From: Microthyrium microscopicum
Taxonomy: Eukaryota
Length of the DNA: 64,000 nucleotides
Reading direction: 5' to 3'
Assembly (NCBI GenBank): GCA_010405405.1
Contig: MU004236.1
Coordinates: 1,928,070 to 1,992,069, forward strand
Both the position numbers and the translations under genes were made by a program. Positions within the stretch are counted from its first letter, which is position 1. Every line of letters starts with the position of its first letter. The notes beneath the pieces were generated by a model. That model was not told where the DNA came from. It worked only from the letters and a program-made list of their open reading frames with translations, and made no database searches. Positions 23,063 through 34,813 of this stretch are shown here, one piece after another.

Positions 23063-25840
23063 ATGCCATCAACTCAAAACCTCGTGCTCAAAGAGCATAG
23101 CACACGCAGTCTTCGCAGCAAGTTCTTGCTTTTTCGAAACAAAGCCTCGAATAAGCTGCGGAAAACATTCAACAAAGGGAAATCGACACTTCAAAACTCT
23201 CAACCACCCACCAAAGATGATCCCAGCAGGCAGCCTCGTTCTTCTCAACCAGGACTGAACATAAGCTACCCTCCTGTCACTTCATGTGACCCACTAGCAC
23301 GCCCATCGGCTATCAGCCAACCTTCAAAACCCTCAAGCTGTCAAAAGACGCACGTTAACGACTCAACTTCTGCTACAACATCTGCGGGACATGCGAAGCA
23401 ATTGGGCTCGACTTCGCCTGATATAAACCAAGTCCAAGCAGTTGTACCATCCAAAGCGCCCCAAGTTGACACCTCTGAGAAGCCAGAAACCCTCTCTGAG
23501 CCTGATTGTGAGATTCAGTCAACAGAAGACCTGAAGACTCCCGGAGAGCCAGCCAGCTCTGTCAAGTCAACAAATCAGGTTAAATCAAAGAGCAGTACCG
23601 AAACGATAAAGCCTCTCACGCCCCCCTGTTCGAATGAAGAACTCAAACAAATACTACTTCAGTTGCAAGTATCTTTCTCATCTAGTGTTCAGAAGAACGC
23701 AGAGCAGATCACAGCCTTAAGGGCGGTTGTTCAACAAAACACAGACCAAATAGGAGCGCTGAAAGCAGATGTTCAGCAGAATACAGAGCGAGTATGGGCT
23801 TTAGAAACAAGCATTGAACAAATCTCAGAGCAAATAGCAACTGTAAAAGCAGAATTTCAGCAGATCCATATAACAACAACAGCAACAATTGAAACCCCTC
23901 CCGAATCAGTCAAGAGCGACCGAGAGAGCGCCCAAGAGGAATCTCCCGAACCTCAGACTGCCATATATAACCCCAAAGTGGCCATTTCAAAGAAGAAGGC
24001 AACAAAGACCTCGCATCATTCCCCTCGGATCGCGATTTCTAACGCGGTCGATATTTTTCACGACCAAGCGACTGCCCCGCGAGATGCTGAAGAGCCTCAT
24101 AATCTTGATTCCTCACCGGGGAAGCCACAGACCGCTTTTACACAAGCTATTACGATTGTATCCGATAAGAGTACAGAGTCTCTACCTTTCGACGAGGAAC
24201 AGAAGAATGAGGATACTCGTCCTGCGAACGGCGCTGTGTCTACAAATTCTCCCTCGAACCCAAAACCTCAGTCTGGTGCGCAGCCTCCTATCGAGACTAC
24301 TTTACCTTGGTCATTCTTACCTGGTCCAATGCTTGAGCAGCAGGATGACGAATCTACATCCGCTGTGAAGACAGCCACATCTGCTGCTACTTCTATCCAA
24401 GCAGTTGATCGTTGGGGGCCCGAGTTTACTCGAAAGAGCATTCCTGACAAGAAAGTAAAGAAGCTCATGAGACAGTTTCTGGGACGGGCGGCTCATAAAC
24501 GTCATATGCATGTCACCCGAGTCAAAGGCAGCTTCCACCAATGTTGGATGGTTGTTTACGACGGAGAATTCGACGTTGAAAAATTGATTGTTAGAAGCTC
24601 CATTCGCGCGACAAAACTGCGCTGGACCAAGAACGATGATTGGTATTGGAATAATCAGTCTCGTATGCTGGAGTACTTTGATGAAAGCAATGTCGACTGG
24701 ACACCTCAACTACTTGAGTCCAGCACAAGCTTTGACAATCCCATTGGTCGTCCTTATATGATCCAATCGTTTTTGCATGGGATGAGCCTGTGTAAGGCCT
24801 GGAATATGAAGCCACGTCGCATTCCTAATGGGCTGACTCAAGAGAAATGGCACGATAAACTACTGAAAAATCTGGCCGCTTTCTCCATAAAGTTCGGCAA
24901 CACGATTAAAGCCAGCGCCGCAGGCGGTCTTATATTTCTGGATCCTGCGGAAGGCCAAGAGACCCCTAGACTACGGATCGGCCCTTTCTTCCATGAGGGA
25001 GATCATACAGAGAACCGCGAGCCTCGATTTACTCCTGGAGCTCGGGACTTCGACATGATTCTGGCCGATAAGGTTGCACGAATGATGATTAAGATAGACC
25101 AGGAGCCGGCAAATGATAACTCCATATGTTATGGAGGCGCACTTTGGCTCTTGATTCAAGTCCTCAGCAAGGTTTTCCCTACCTTCAATATGAGTCTTGC
25201 TAGTCATGCTTTTGAAGATATGCAGAAGCCAGACTATGACCATATCAAAGACAGCGAGGATGTGGAAAATCACATCATTACCATGGCTCACCATGCCCCA
25301 GTATCTGGCCGAGCATGTTATAAATTGAAGCATCCAGACTTCAATTGGCAAAACATAATTGTCGATGAGGATGGGAATATTGTCGCAGTAATTGACCTGG
25401 ACCTGTTAACTGTAATGCCACCCTCCTTTGGGTACGCGGTACCTCCATACTTTTTGTGGCCTGAATGGCATCCATGGTATCAGAATCAGGTCGATAGTCC
25501 AAGCATTGCACGCGGATCACTGGAAGCCATCAAGGAGGATCGGAGAGCCTACATTGAGCACATGTTCGACGAATCCGGGGACGACAAGAGCGACCTGGCT
25601 CACGCTCGCATCTCCCATATTCTGGGTGCCATTTGGGAGCCTCTGAGCCGTGAGAACCCGGAATGGTTGGTTTGGGTTGCCAAGAAGGTTTTGATTGAGT
25701 CTTCTAAGAGCGTGGGTCTAAATATCAACACGAAGACCACTCTAGTCGACCTAAGCGATGAGGAATCACCTTTTCTGGCCCAAGAACAATCACAAACTTG
25801 GACCCGGGTTTCCCACTGGATGGATATGGAAGGCCAATAG
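23063..25840 (+). CDS. APH-like phosphotransferase, paralog 3, with coiled-coil N-terminal region
   Basis: GSFHQCW, IGRPYMIQ, IGPFFHEG, HPDFNWQNIIV, VIDLD. Start is either 23021 or 23063. Confidence 0.85.
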   Translation: MPSTQNLVLKEHSTRSLRSKFLLFRNKASNKLRKTFNKGKSTLQNSQPPTKDDPSRQPRSSQPGLNISYPPVTSCDPLARPSAISQPSKPSSCQKTHVNDSTSATTSAGHAKQLGSTSPDINQVQAVVPSKAPQVDTSEKPETLSEPDCEIQSTEDLKTPGEPASSVKSTNQVKSKSSTETIKPLTPPCSNEELKQILLQLQVSFSSSVQKNAEQITALRAVVQQNTDQIGALKADVQQNTERVWALETSIEQISEQIATVKAEFQQIHITTTATIETPPESVKSDRESAQEESPEPQTAIYNPKVAISKKKATKTSHHSPRIAISNAVDIFHDQATAPRDAEEPHNLDSSPGKPQTAFTQAITIVSDKSTESLPFDEEQKNEDTRPANGAVSTNSPSNPKPQSGAQPPIETTLPWSFLPGPMLEQQDDESTSAVKTATSAATSIQAVDRWGPEFTRKSIPDKKVKKLMRQFLGRAAHKRHMHVTRVKGSFHQCWMVVYDGEFDVEKLIVRSSIRATKLRWTKNDDWYWNNQSRMLEYFDESNVDWTPQLLESSTSFDNPIGRPYMIQSFLHGMSLCKAWNMKPRRIPNGLTQEKWHDKLLKNLAAFSIKFGNTIKASAAGGLIFLDPAEGQETPRLRIGPFFHEGDHTENREPRFTPGARDFDMILADKVARMMIKIDQEPANDNSICYGGALWLLIQVLSKVFPTFNMSLASHAFEDMQKPDYDHIKDSEDVENHIITMAHHAPVSGRACYKLKHPDFNWQNIIVDEDGNIVAVIDLDLLTVMPPSFGYAVPPYFLWPEWHPWYQNQVDSPSIARGSLEAIKEDRRAYIEHMFDESGDDKSDLAHARISHILGAIWEPLSRENPEWLVWVAKKVLIESSKSVGLNINTKTTLVDLSDEESPFLAQEQSQTWTRVSHWMDMEGQ
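23687..23854 (+). repeat. Degenerate 4 x 42-bp coding repeat (14-aa double heptad, coiled coil)
   Basis: VQKNAEQITALRAV / VQQNTDQIGALKAD / VQQNTERVWALETS / IEQISEQIATVKAE. Confidence 0.75.
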
Positions 25841-26396
25841 TTGGAGTTCCAGGCTCTCGTCACTGTGAGCCATGCCGCGCCTGTGCTTTGTACGATTAAG
25901 TAACTTATTACATTTCAAGTTAATGTTTTTGAATTTTACGGCACAAGATTGGGAGCACGATACTCACCTAAGAACTTAGGTAGGCATGGGCTACTCCTGT
26001 TGCTGGACTGTTGGCATGTTTAGGAAGTTGTATACCCTTCTGAGGATTGTTGAAGTTTAGATTCAAAGCGAATGGAATATTGGGCATCAGTCAGTCCTAG
26101 ACAAGCGCGCTTAATCCCTATCTGCTTATGCTGTCCCCGAATTTCGGCGTCTTCACCAATTTGAAGTACTTCATACAAGTCCATACAGGGAAATTGCAGC
26201 TGCGCATCGCTCAATATTGATCGCATTAGTATATACTAGAAGTGACCGCACCTTACTATTGAGGTAGATTTCGGTGATAACCTGGATCCGTTTTCATTCT
26301 ACCTGAAAGCTTCCGTATTTGATAATCTCACCTCGAAACATTAGACGCGTTAGTCGGTCACTTGAAATCTCTCGGCATTCACCTTGAGCCTCCATA

Positions 26397-26432
26397 TTCA
26401 TTGGGACATCTGACTTCATTGGGACATCTGAC
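26397..26432. repeat. Exact 18-bp tandem duplication upstream of paralog 4
   Basis: TTCATTGGGACATCTGAC twice. Confidence 0.9.
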
Positions 26433-26600
26433 TTTTGATCAACAAAGCCTTTCTTTCCCAGCTTTCTCCACGACTATCTCCATTCACACAGCATCTTCCT
26501 TTCGAAACGCTACTCAGGCAGAGATCAAGTCAATAACAGAGAGCAAGTGTGCAGGAAATCGACCGTCTGCCCTTGCACCCAAATAAAACTCTACAACTAG

Positions 26601-28469
26601 ATGGAGCAATCTCGTTTTGATGCTGATCTAATGGGTGAGGCCTTGCTCATGCGAGAAATCGCAGCAACTCTGGAGATAGACATTAAACGTGTCTCCAAGG
26701 CCATTACTCCCAAGGGGCAATCGACCAACATGAACACTACTCAGACTCAGTCGTTGTCTATACACCAGTCAACGACTTCTCTGAAGTCAGCAGGCCATAA
26801 GTCAGAGCGCGCACTCGACCCTTCAGCCGCGGCAATTCGCAAGCAAGAGAACAAAGAGTTTCCGGAACAGATAAAATCCCAGCTCGAGAACGAGCATAAG
26901 GAAAAGCTTCCTCCACCTAAAATGCCTGCGAAGCAAGGTCAGAAGCAGCCTGCTGCAGAATCGAGTTGTAAAGACATCCCCAATGGCCCCAAACAACCAA
27001 TCAAAGTCCCAGTAGACGACCCAGAAGAGATAGCTCACAAAAAGCGTTGGGGTGAGATCCTGGAAATCGAAGACAAACAAGTGATTGATCTCTTGTTCAA
27101 AGTCTTTTACTCGAAAGCTGTGATCACAGACAAGCGCCTGGGGGGTTTCAATCGAGTCTTCATAGCAGTGGTTATGCGACCATTTACTGCTCCAATTAAA
27201 GTTGCTGTGCGAATCAATATCCGAGCAACGAACGAAAGATGGACTAAACTAGATGCATTCAAGCTTCAACAGCAAGTTCGAACATGTAACTGGATACACA
27301 AAAAGTACAATCTTGCTCCCAAGGTCTGGTCGCACGATACTGGTTTCAAGAATAGCCTCAAGCGACCCTACATGATCATGAATTGTGTCGATGGACGTCC
27401 ACTGAACTATGAGTGGCATGCTCCTCTCGGTGCTTACGGCAAAAAGAAATTTCAAACCTTGGAAAAGAAGCAAGCACATATCATGAAGAGTGTTGCCCAG
27501 GCGGTCGCCAAATTGAGCGCGAAAACCTTCAATGCTGGAGGTACACTCTACTTTCCAAGCGATGATGCGACCAAAGACCCTCAAGTTGGTTCTTACTTCC
27601 ATGAAGGGAACCACGAGTCGGATTCCCCACCGTTCTTTACGCCTGCTTACTATTCGTGGACTGATGTTTTGGCGGACAATTGGGCTCGAATGAAATTGAA
27701 GCAATCGCGAAATAGCTCACCAGTACAACAGCTGAAAACTGATGGAGCTCTATGGGTAGTTGAAAAAGTCTTGCACACAATCTGGCCAGGCTTCAATGAA
27801 GCGTGCATTCACCGCCTTCGGAAGACATTATCAAGCAATCCACATCGATTCCAAACCTCGGAAGAGGTCATGAAAACACTACATCCAGCTACCAACGATC
27901 CCGACAGCGGACAATTTCATATCAAACATATGGATCTGGGCTACCAAAATATCATGATTGATCACCTTGGTAACGTAACCCAATTCATTGATTGGGATCT
28001 GATCAATACTGTCAATGAGCATGTTTGTTGTACTGCTTACCCAACTTGGCTTTCAGCAAATTGGAACTTCTACTACAAGGACCGGGTCGGCGACGGCCAC
28101 CCACACTTTCCTAAGAACTCCAAAGTCCACCTTGAGAGATACCGAGAATAGTACGCTCAGTCACTCCTTGGCGTGAAAGGCGAGGATAGCTCGGCTCGCT
28201 TGATTCGAGGATCCCATGTTCTAGGCAGCATAGTAGAACATGTAAGCTTCCATGATATTTCCTCATTGGTATGGCTTGCTGGACAGATACTATGCCACGC
28301 GTCGCTGAATATCGATGCTTCCAGCGACGCAGCAACCCAGCTTTTGATACTGATAGGCCATGAAGAAAGCACGAATCAGTCGGCTACGAAACAGAAAGTT
28401 ATGATGCAGTTCCAGAAATGGTGGAATGATCTATTGAAGCCAAAGAATATCCCCCCGGAGCTAGATTGA
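26601..28469 (+). CDS. APH-like phosphotransferase, paralog 4, interrupted by one in-frame TAG (28149-28151); 622 aa if decoded
   Basis: GGFNRVF, RPYMIM, VGSYFHEG, HMDLGYQNIMI, FIDWD. After YRE* the same frame continues YAQSL...SHVLGSI...LVWLAGQIL...KWWND, matching the C-termini of the paralogs. Confidence 0.75.
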
Positions 28470-30354
28470 AAACAGCTTTTGGCGTATCTGTTGCTTTTCG
28501 TACGCTCACAAACGAGAGAGAAATTATGCAAGCACAGATTCAGAAGTAGTCTGTTCTTGAGAAGAACTAATCGTCCTGCCTCCACACGTTCAAGCTACAA
28601 ATTTCAGACACTACGTTGTCCTTTGAGGAGTATCCGACTAGGTCTACATAGAGTGGAAATGAGAAGACTCAAATGTTTGCAGAGTGGTTCGCCCGAAGTT
28701 ATGAATAGGTTAGGAACACTAGAGGAAGGAATAAAAGTAAATGACAGAATCGTAGCACACAAGTTTCTTGCCCAAAAAAAAAACCATGTTCACGTCCAAG
28801 AGGGATATGTATCTTACCATAGTGTGAGCCGGTTGTAAGCCCATGCCGATAGCAATAAGTGTCTTGAAGCAGAGGATTAGTGACTATCTAGATCAAAACT
28901 AGAAGAGTAAAGTCGTCCAACCGTAAGCAGACATCATTGTCGGTCGTTCCATATTTCAAAAGACTATCATGATAAAGAGTAGATGTATTGTCTATTAATA
29001 GCAACACAAGCCTACATTTGTATTAGGTCTACATGATGAGAATCCAAGATGAAGTCAGCAGCTATGTGGTGTTTATGATATTGCTTCTATGAGGTAAAAT
29101 TGAAAATACTTTGGTGAGTTAGCTTTGCTTCCTGGACCTGATACACATCTTCTAAACAGAAAAATGTAGGTTTTAACCTTGTCCGAAGCCATTAAGCTAA
29201 AAAGATTAAACTTCTAAATATCAAAAAAGAATTGTGATACAGGCCCGAATCGATCGTGTTGAATGTGGAGAGGTGAGTTGTATTCCCTAGACACTCAATC
29301 AAGTGATGCGCCAAACTCGTCTCGGAAACTTGTACCAGCACTACCACCGCGAGGTGATGATTGGTACATCGGATTATGGATCAGAGTGAGAACTCCCCCA
29401 CGTAAAACCTGCTGGATAATCAAAAACTGACAACATTGTGAATATATACAGCGCATTATGCTAGTTCTGATTTCATAATGTACAACCCAAAAACTTCCAG
29501 CTGAAACCAAGCCAAGAGATAATCAAGCATATACTGTTGGTAGGTATTCTGACACTTAGAGCTATGTAGATGCTGGAATTCGATGATTACTATCGTCAGC
29601 TTCAAAATCGCCGTTCATCTTGTGAACTATGCGGTTTAAGTCGATAGATAAAACCTTTGGGAAAGATGATGATACTAGCACAAGGAGAGGAAATCAACCG
29701 TTTGTCCACTTCAAGGGCATGTAGTAGGAAGGAACAATGGCGATTGCTAATTACTTCCACGGCCTTGCTACAACAGCTCTCGTCCATCTCCCCGTCTACC
29801 ATCTGCCAGTGTTTTCATTAAGTCGCATCCGATTCGACACCTAGCGTACGACCAGCCTCCATCAAGCCTCCGTTTTCCATGGCTCAAGCGCTCTGAAGCT
29901 AACAACGTTGAGGCTGCCGACAACATGATTCATTTCACGGCCACAGCCGTCCCACTGTTGAGGTTCAGTATTGCATCTCCGGAGAGAGCCATTCCTACTA
30001 TCGTCCATTTCCGTGGTGGATTGTGTAACTCCCACACTGCATTTTCAGTCTCCCTGGTGAGATAGATGTCGACTGCGAAATGTTAGACAAAAAGGCAATA
30101 CTCGACACCAAAACACTAAAAAGTTGAACCATACTAGCAGTGATTAAATGGTTCAATGGAGCCGAAGGACGCCGAAGCATGTGCCCCCGAACCGGATTGA
30201 AGATAGCTGGACGGTGAGTAATGCAATGAGAATTTTTTAGAGTATATACCAATACGACCCCAGTAGGTATCAATGCTATCACCATCTATGAATCCCCATC
30301 ATTACAGCAACTGAATTAACCAACCAGCTACAAGCCTCCAGGTACAAACTTCAT

Positions 30355-32393
30355 CTAATCCTGCAGCACATTTTTCAGCGCCTTCTGGAAATCGAAGATA
30401 CCCATTCCAGTTACAGCATCCCACCCTTTAGTCGCGTTCCAGAAAGCACCGGGAATGATGGCCGAGCCATTGGTGGTTTTGCCATTTTGGTGATTAGTAC
30501 CATCACAGCCACGGGCAGCACCCTTGGTGATATCGACCAAGAACTCTTCTCCTTGGTCGTAGAGCCAGGGGTTGATGAAACCGAGCGTGGGCATGCCTTT
30601 TCGAAGACGGGCATCGTTGAGTAGACCGAGGATCGCGGCGACGACGGGTGATGCGGCTGAGGTTCCTCCACTTCCGGATAATATCCCTCCGTAGACGACC
30701 TTGTACACTGGATAGAGGGAATGGGCTGATACATCCGGGAATCCACGGCCGTTAGGATTGAAGTATCCGCCATCAAGGAAGGCACCGACTTGTTCACTTG
30801 GTAGCTCCCCAAACAGGTAATCGCGAACATGTCGTTTCTGGTATCGTGGTTGAGCGAAGTAGTAGGAGAAGCCGCCAGAGCTATCACGCCAGGCGATTTC
30901 GGGGCTAACACCTTCAGTACCGCCAATACTTGTCACCCAGGGGCAGGTACTAGGAAATTCGGGCAAAAATGTAGCATCATTGGATCCGTCATTCTTTCGG
31001 CAGTACGAACCTATGCCGGTGTCACCAGAAGACTCCAGGACCGAAATACCACGAAGTCCCATCATGGCAATCATGAGGCAAGTTCGAGCAGCATAACGAT
31101 AGGGAACAGTCTGTTCAGGCTCGCCATAAGAGTTGGAGATAACTTGAGGAAGTTCCGAATTCTTTCGGGAGAGGAGATATTGATAGTAGGGAACGTAGGG
31201 TTCGTTAGTATTCTCACTTGGAGTTGTTATTTCCAAATCTGGCATGAAGGGAGGTTTGCCAGCAGTGAGATATTCAAACACGGAGATGTTTGAGGGTGAT
31301 AGCACTCCAATAATGTTTTGGGCCTTGTTAGATTAGCATAAATTCATCAAATGACGAGAAGGGATCTTACGTCCAAACCTGCTTCGCCAGATAATTCGGC
31401 CGCCACGTTGGGATCCTGGTTGTTGACGGCATTATTTACGAATATTTTAGTCCAGTTTTTGTTGTTCAGTCTGAAATATTTCTCGTACAGGAAAACGTCT
31501 TCGTAATTCGCAGATTGGTTGAGGAAACTGCTAAATCCCACTCGACTCTTTGACGGTCCGGAAGTGCTATAATTCCCGATATTGTACATTTGCTTGAGAC
31601 AGCTGGGTCCTACGCCATTGTTACAAGAAGGATCGACGAAAAAAGGGCCTTTTCCAGTAAGAGCCTCTGGAGGTGCATTTCCTTCCCCAAAGCCAGATGG
31701 AGTATTTGGTGCAGGTGGGGGAGCCTGGCGGCGGTACAATGACCCAACGTGCTGCTTGCGATATGGGGCATCTGACTGGGTTCGGCTAGACTGGCGACGG
31801 ACTGATCTGGCGTGTGCCTTGTCTTCAGGATAGTAGGTAGGTGTGAATGCTTCTGTTTTGCCAAAGAAAGTGGTCGGATGGATGATGTCGATATGGTGAA
31901 ATACATCCTGCGGAACAGAATACTCCATGGTGCGGATCTTGCTGACTCCACGGCGTTTGTATTGTTTGAAGTTGGCGTTGAGGATACGGTTGGCGGTTTC
32001 CACTGTGGTTGTAAAGGAGACCCAGGTATTGTCAGAGTGGATTTTCGTGACGCCCTCAGCCTTGAGCCAGTTCATTACGGCAGTATTGGCTTCCTTGCTG
32101 GGCTGGACCAAGTGATTGACATCATCACGATCCATCCATTTTCCATAGCTCTTTGATTTGGGATTTGAAGTGTCTAAAAGCTTGGATATCATGGTATCTG
32201 TGTTTTGGAGAGTAAGACCGATCTGCAAGGTAATTTCTTCCTGGGGTACGAGTACATGAGATTGTGCTGCTGCCCAGCCCTGGGCTGCGAGAGAAGACTT
32301 TTGAACTGACTCTACCATTTTCATGTTGGTCGCTGCATTGCTCAAGGAGGCCAAAGTGAGCGCCAGCAGCGCCACTGAGCCTCGGAGAACCAT
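30355..32393 (-). CDS. Secreted tripeptidyl-peptidase / sedolisin (peptidase S53)
   Basis: Exons 32393-31371 and 31323-30355 (47-nt intron). Signal peptide, pro-domain, catalytic EAGLD, SSGDTG, GGTSAASP, GWDAVTG. Confidence 0.93.
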
Positions 32394-34011
32394 TGTTTTG
32401 ATCTAACTTGGTAAGAATTGCTATTGAATGGGAAAGTAAATAACAGGAAGGTAAGTAATGAAAGTGGTATGAAAAATAGCCGATGGTTAGAGGCCAAAGA
32501 ATGGAATAGCCCAGATACTGAATAATCTGGTGCTTGATGTTGATGTTGTTTTCCAAGAAGCGAGTGAGGTTGGAGCCAACAAACAAGATCCGAAATTAGG
32601 CTGTAGCTTCCAATCAAGGTTGACCAAGGTTGACCAGTACTCCCGCCTCACAAGAGTGGCGGCAATAGATGGAAGGAAAGAACGAGTGGTAGTGAAGTAG
32701 CAACGGAAATCGCGAATTGCAAAGATCAGACTTGAGGCAGGAATGTTCGGCTGAACCTGAAGCTTGGTCTCACACCTTAACTGGAAACACCGATGCAAAG
32801 TTAGAACTCTGAACCAAAAAATCCACAGACAAACAACCACAGTAGTAGCGCGACCACTACTTTAAGCACTCGATATAGCGCGGAGAAGCTAACCGGATGA
32901 CAGCTTGGTCCTGATTCCTACCAAATATAAACATCCTGTTCATAGACAAGAACAGAAAAAGGCGGTTGAGCTGTGCCACCTGCTCCGGGATACACTCCCG
33001 GCGCCGTTAGGGAACAAGCTGCGGGCAAACGAGCCTAATTGCATTCTAACTTCTAGGTCCGCGGTCTTGAGCATATATCGTCAATCAATGCGCGGGAAAT
33101 AGCCAATGGGGGTTTTCCTGTGCTATGGACATAGAGTGAATAGGAGCCTCCGAGTGCCCTATGTCGGGTTGACTGCGACATGGTTCATATTGCTAATGCC
33201 GCTTGGAGCATTTTTGTATCCTAAACCTTCGTGTGTCGTAGCGGAGGGATCCAGTAATTGATCAATCGCATTCCCCAAGTGCAGAGCGATTGGCATCATC
33301 TTGGCGGGTAATCTCGATGCGTGTGACATAGTTCGTTACCGCTTTGATGGGATCTAGGCGCATCTTGGGTAAAATCGCCTAGAGGCCCAGATATTAGGAT
33401 TATATCACTGGTGAGGATTCAGTACGACATAATTTTAACTCATTATAGCTCCTTGCAATGGTGATCTGGCGAGATCTACAGCTCAATCGTTCTGCACCCT
33501 AGACTGATTTGTTGAGTTGTCCATTGGAATTGTGCGGTGTAACCCGGAGCCTCGGTCTGATTGGGAGCCCTGAGAACTTAAAACATTGGCTCTCAAAACC
33601 AGCATTCCTAAGTAGTCAGAGACAACATAAGTACATGCCAGCTGCCGTAGCATGTTCAGTTCTGTAAGACGCTTACATCTAAATCAAGATTTTGTTGCTT
33701 GACTGTGCTAGGTGAGTCGATGGTTTCAGTGGAGGCTGCGTCTTGATGAGATCCAACAATGCCATCCTCTCTGATTGCGGAATATAATCAGTGCTGTGCG
33801 TTGGTTGTATCTGGGGTCAAGCTCACACCCTGATCTCCTAAACATGATGATCAGCCGCAAATTAGCAAATATCAGTCTCTCTGCGAGAACAGCCAGAACG
33901 TCAAAAAGGTGCGAAATGATGCTGAGCGCTAAATTTCTCTATTCGCACTACAGGAACTGTATTGACAAGGGAGGCCTATCATGTATCCGCCATTCGTTTG
34001 AGGGCGCGAGC

Positions 34012-34559
34012 TTAGTCCAACTTAGATGGGAAATTACCATTTTCTATTGATCAGTTAGCCTCCTTGACTGGAACCATTTGAGGAATCATGATATTTCACT
34101 GACCACGCTGCTCGTCCCATCGCTCTGTCCAACTGCTGTGGCACAAAGAGTGATACGCGAAGTAGAACTATAATCTTCCGTCAGTCCCAGTTGCAACTCG
34201 TTCTAGATCCAATTTTTCCGCGTACCTGCTTGCATGGCTTGAAGTCCTCGCCCTTGGCATTGATGCATTTGTGATAATCGACATAGTTTTGCCAGCAGTG
34301 CTTGGTCTGGTTGACGTTGGGGAAGCGGGCATCGAAGCCTTGAGATATCCAGTTAGTAAGTATGTCCAACCACCGCGAGATCAATGTGCGTTTTGTCCAG
34401 AGATGCGTGAAATCGGAAGCTTTAGAGACTCGACATACCAGCTATAACAGTGTTAGTTCAAATAGTGATCAGTATTGAGCTGTATATCAACGTACCTGTT
34501 ACCCACTTCCACGGCATGGTAACGCGCTCCTCAGAGCCCTCGGATCCTTCGTCAGACAT
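34012..34559 (-). CDS. COX12: Cytochrome c oxidase subunit VIb
   Basis: Exons 34559-34496, 34441-34439, 34338-34226, 34167-34104, 34043-34012. DARFPNVNQTKHCWQNYVDYHKC...SLC...WDEQRENGNFP. Confidence 0.93.
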
Positions 34560-34813
34560 CGTGAAGCTTTGTCGAGAAGTAGATGGGTGATTTATTGAGA
34601 CTTTGAACTGTCAAAGGTAAAGTTGGGTGTAATTGAGAGCAGTTGATACAGTCAAAAGAACGTAGAAGGTTGCCCGTTGACATTGCCGTAGTCGAGACGC
34701 TCGGACCATCTTGAACCTCTCCAACTTCAAATGTTCCATCCGAACCGCCATCAAAACTTCAATCTTCTTCAATCGACTCTACCAACCTCAAATCACCCTG
34801 ACGATTCGCCAAA

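Noticed and set aside
25838..25840. TAG ending kinase paralog 3 as another edited stop
   Set aside because: It falls where the other paralogs end and is followed by only a short non-homologous frame.
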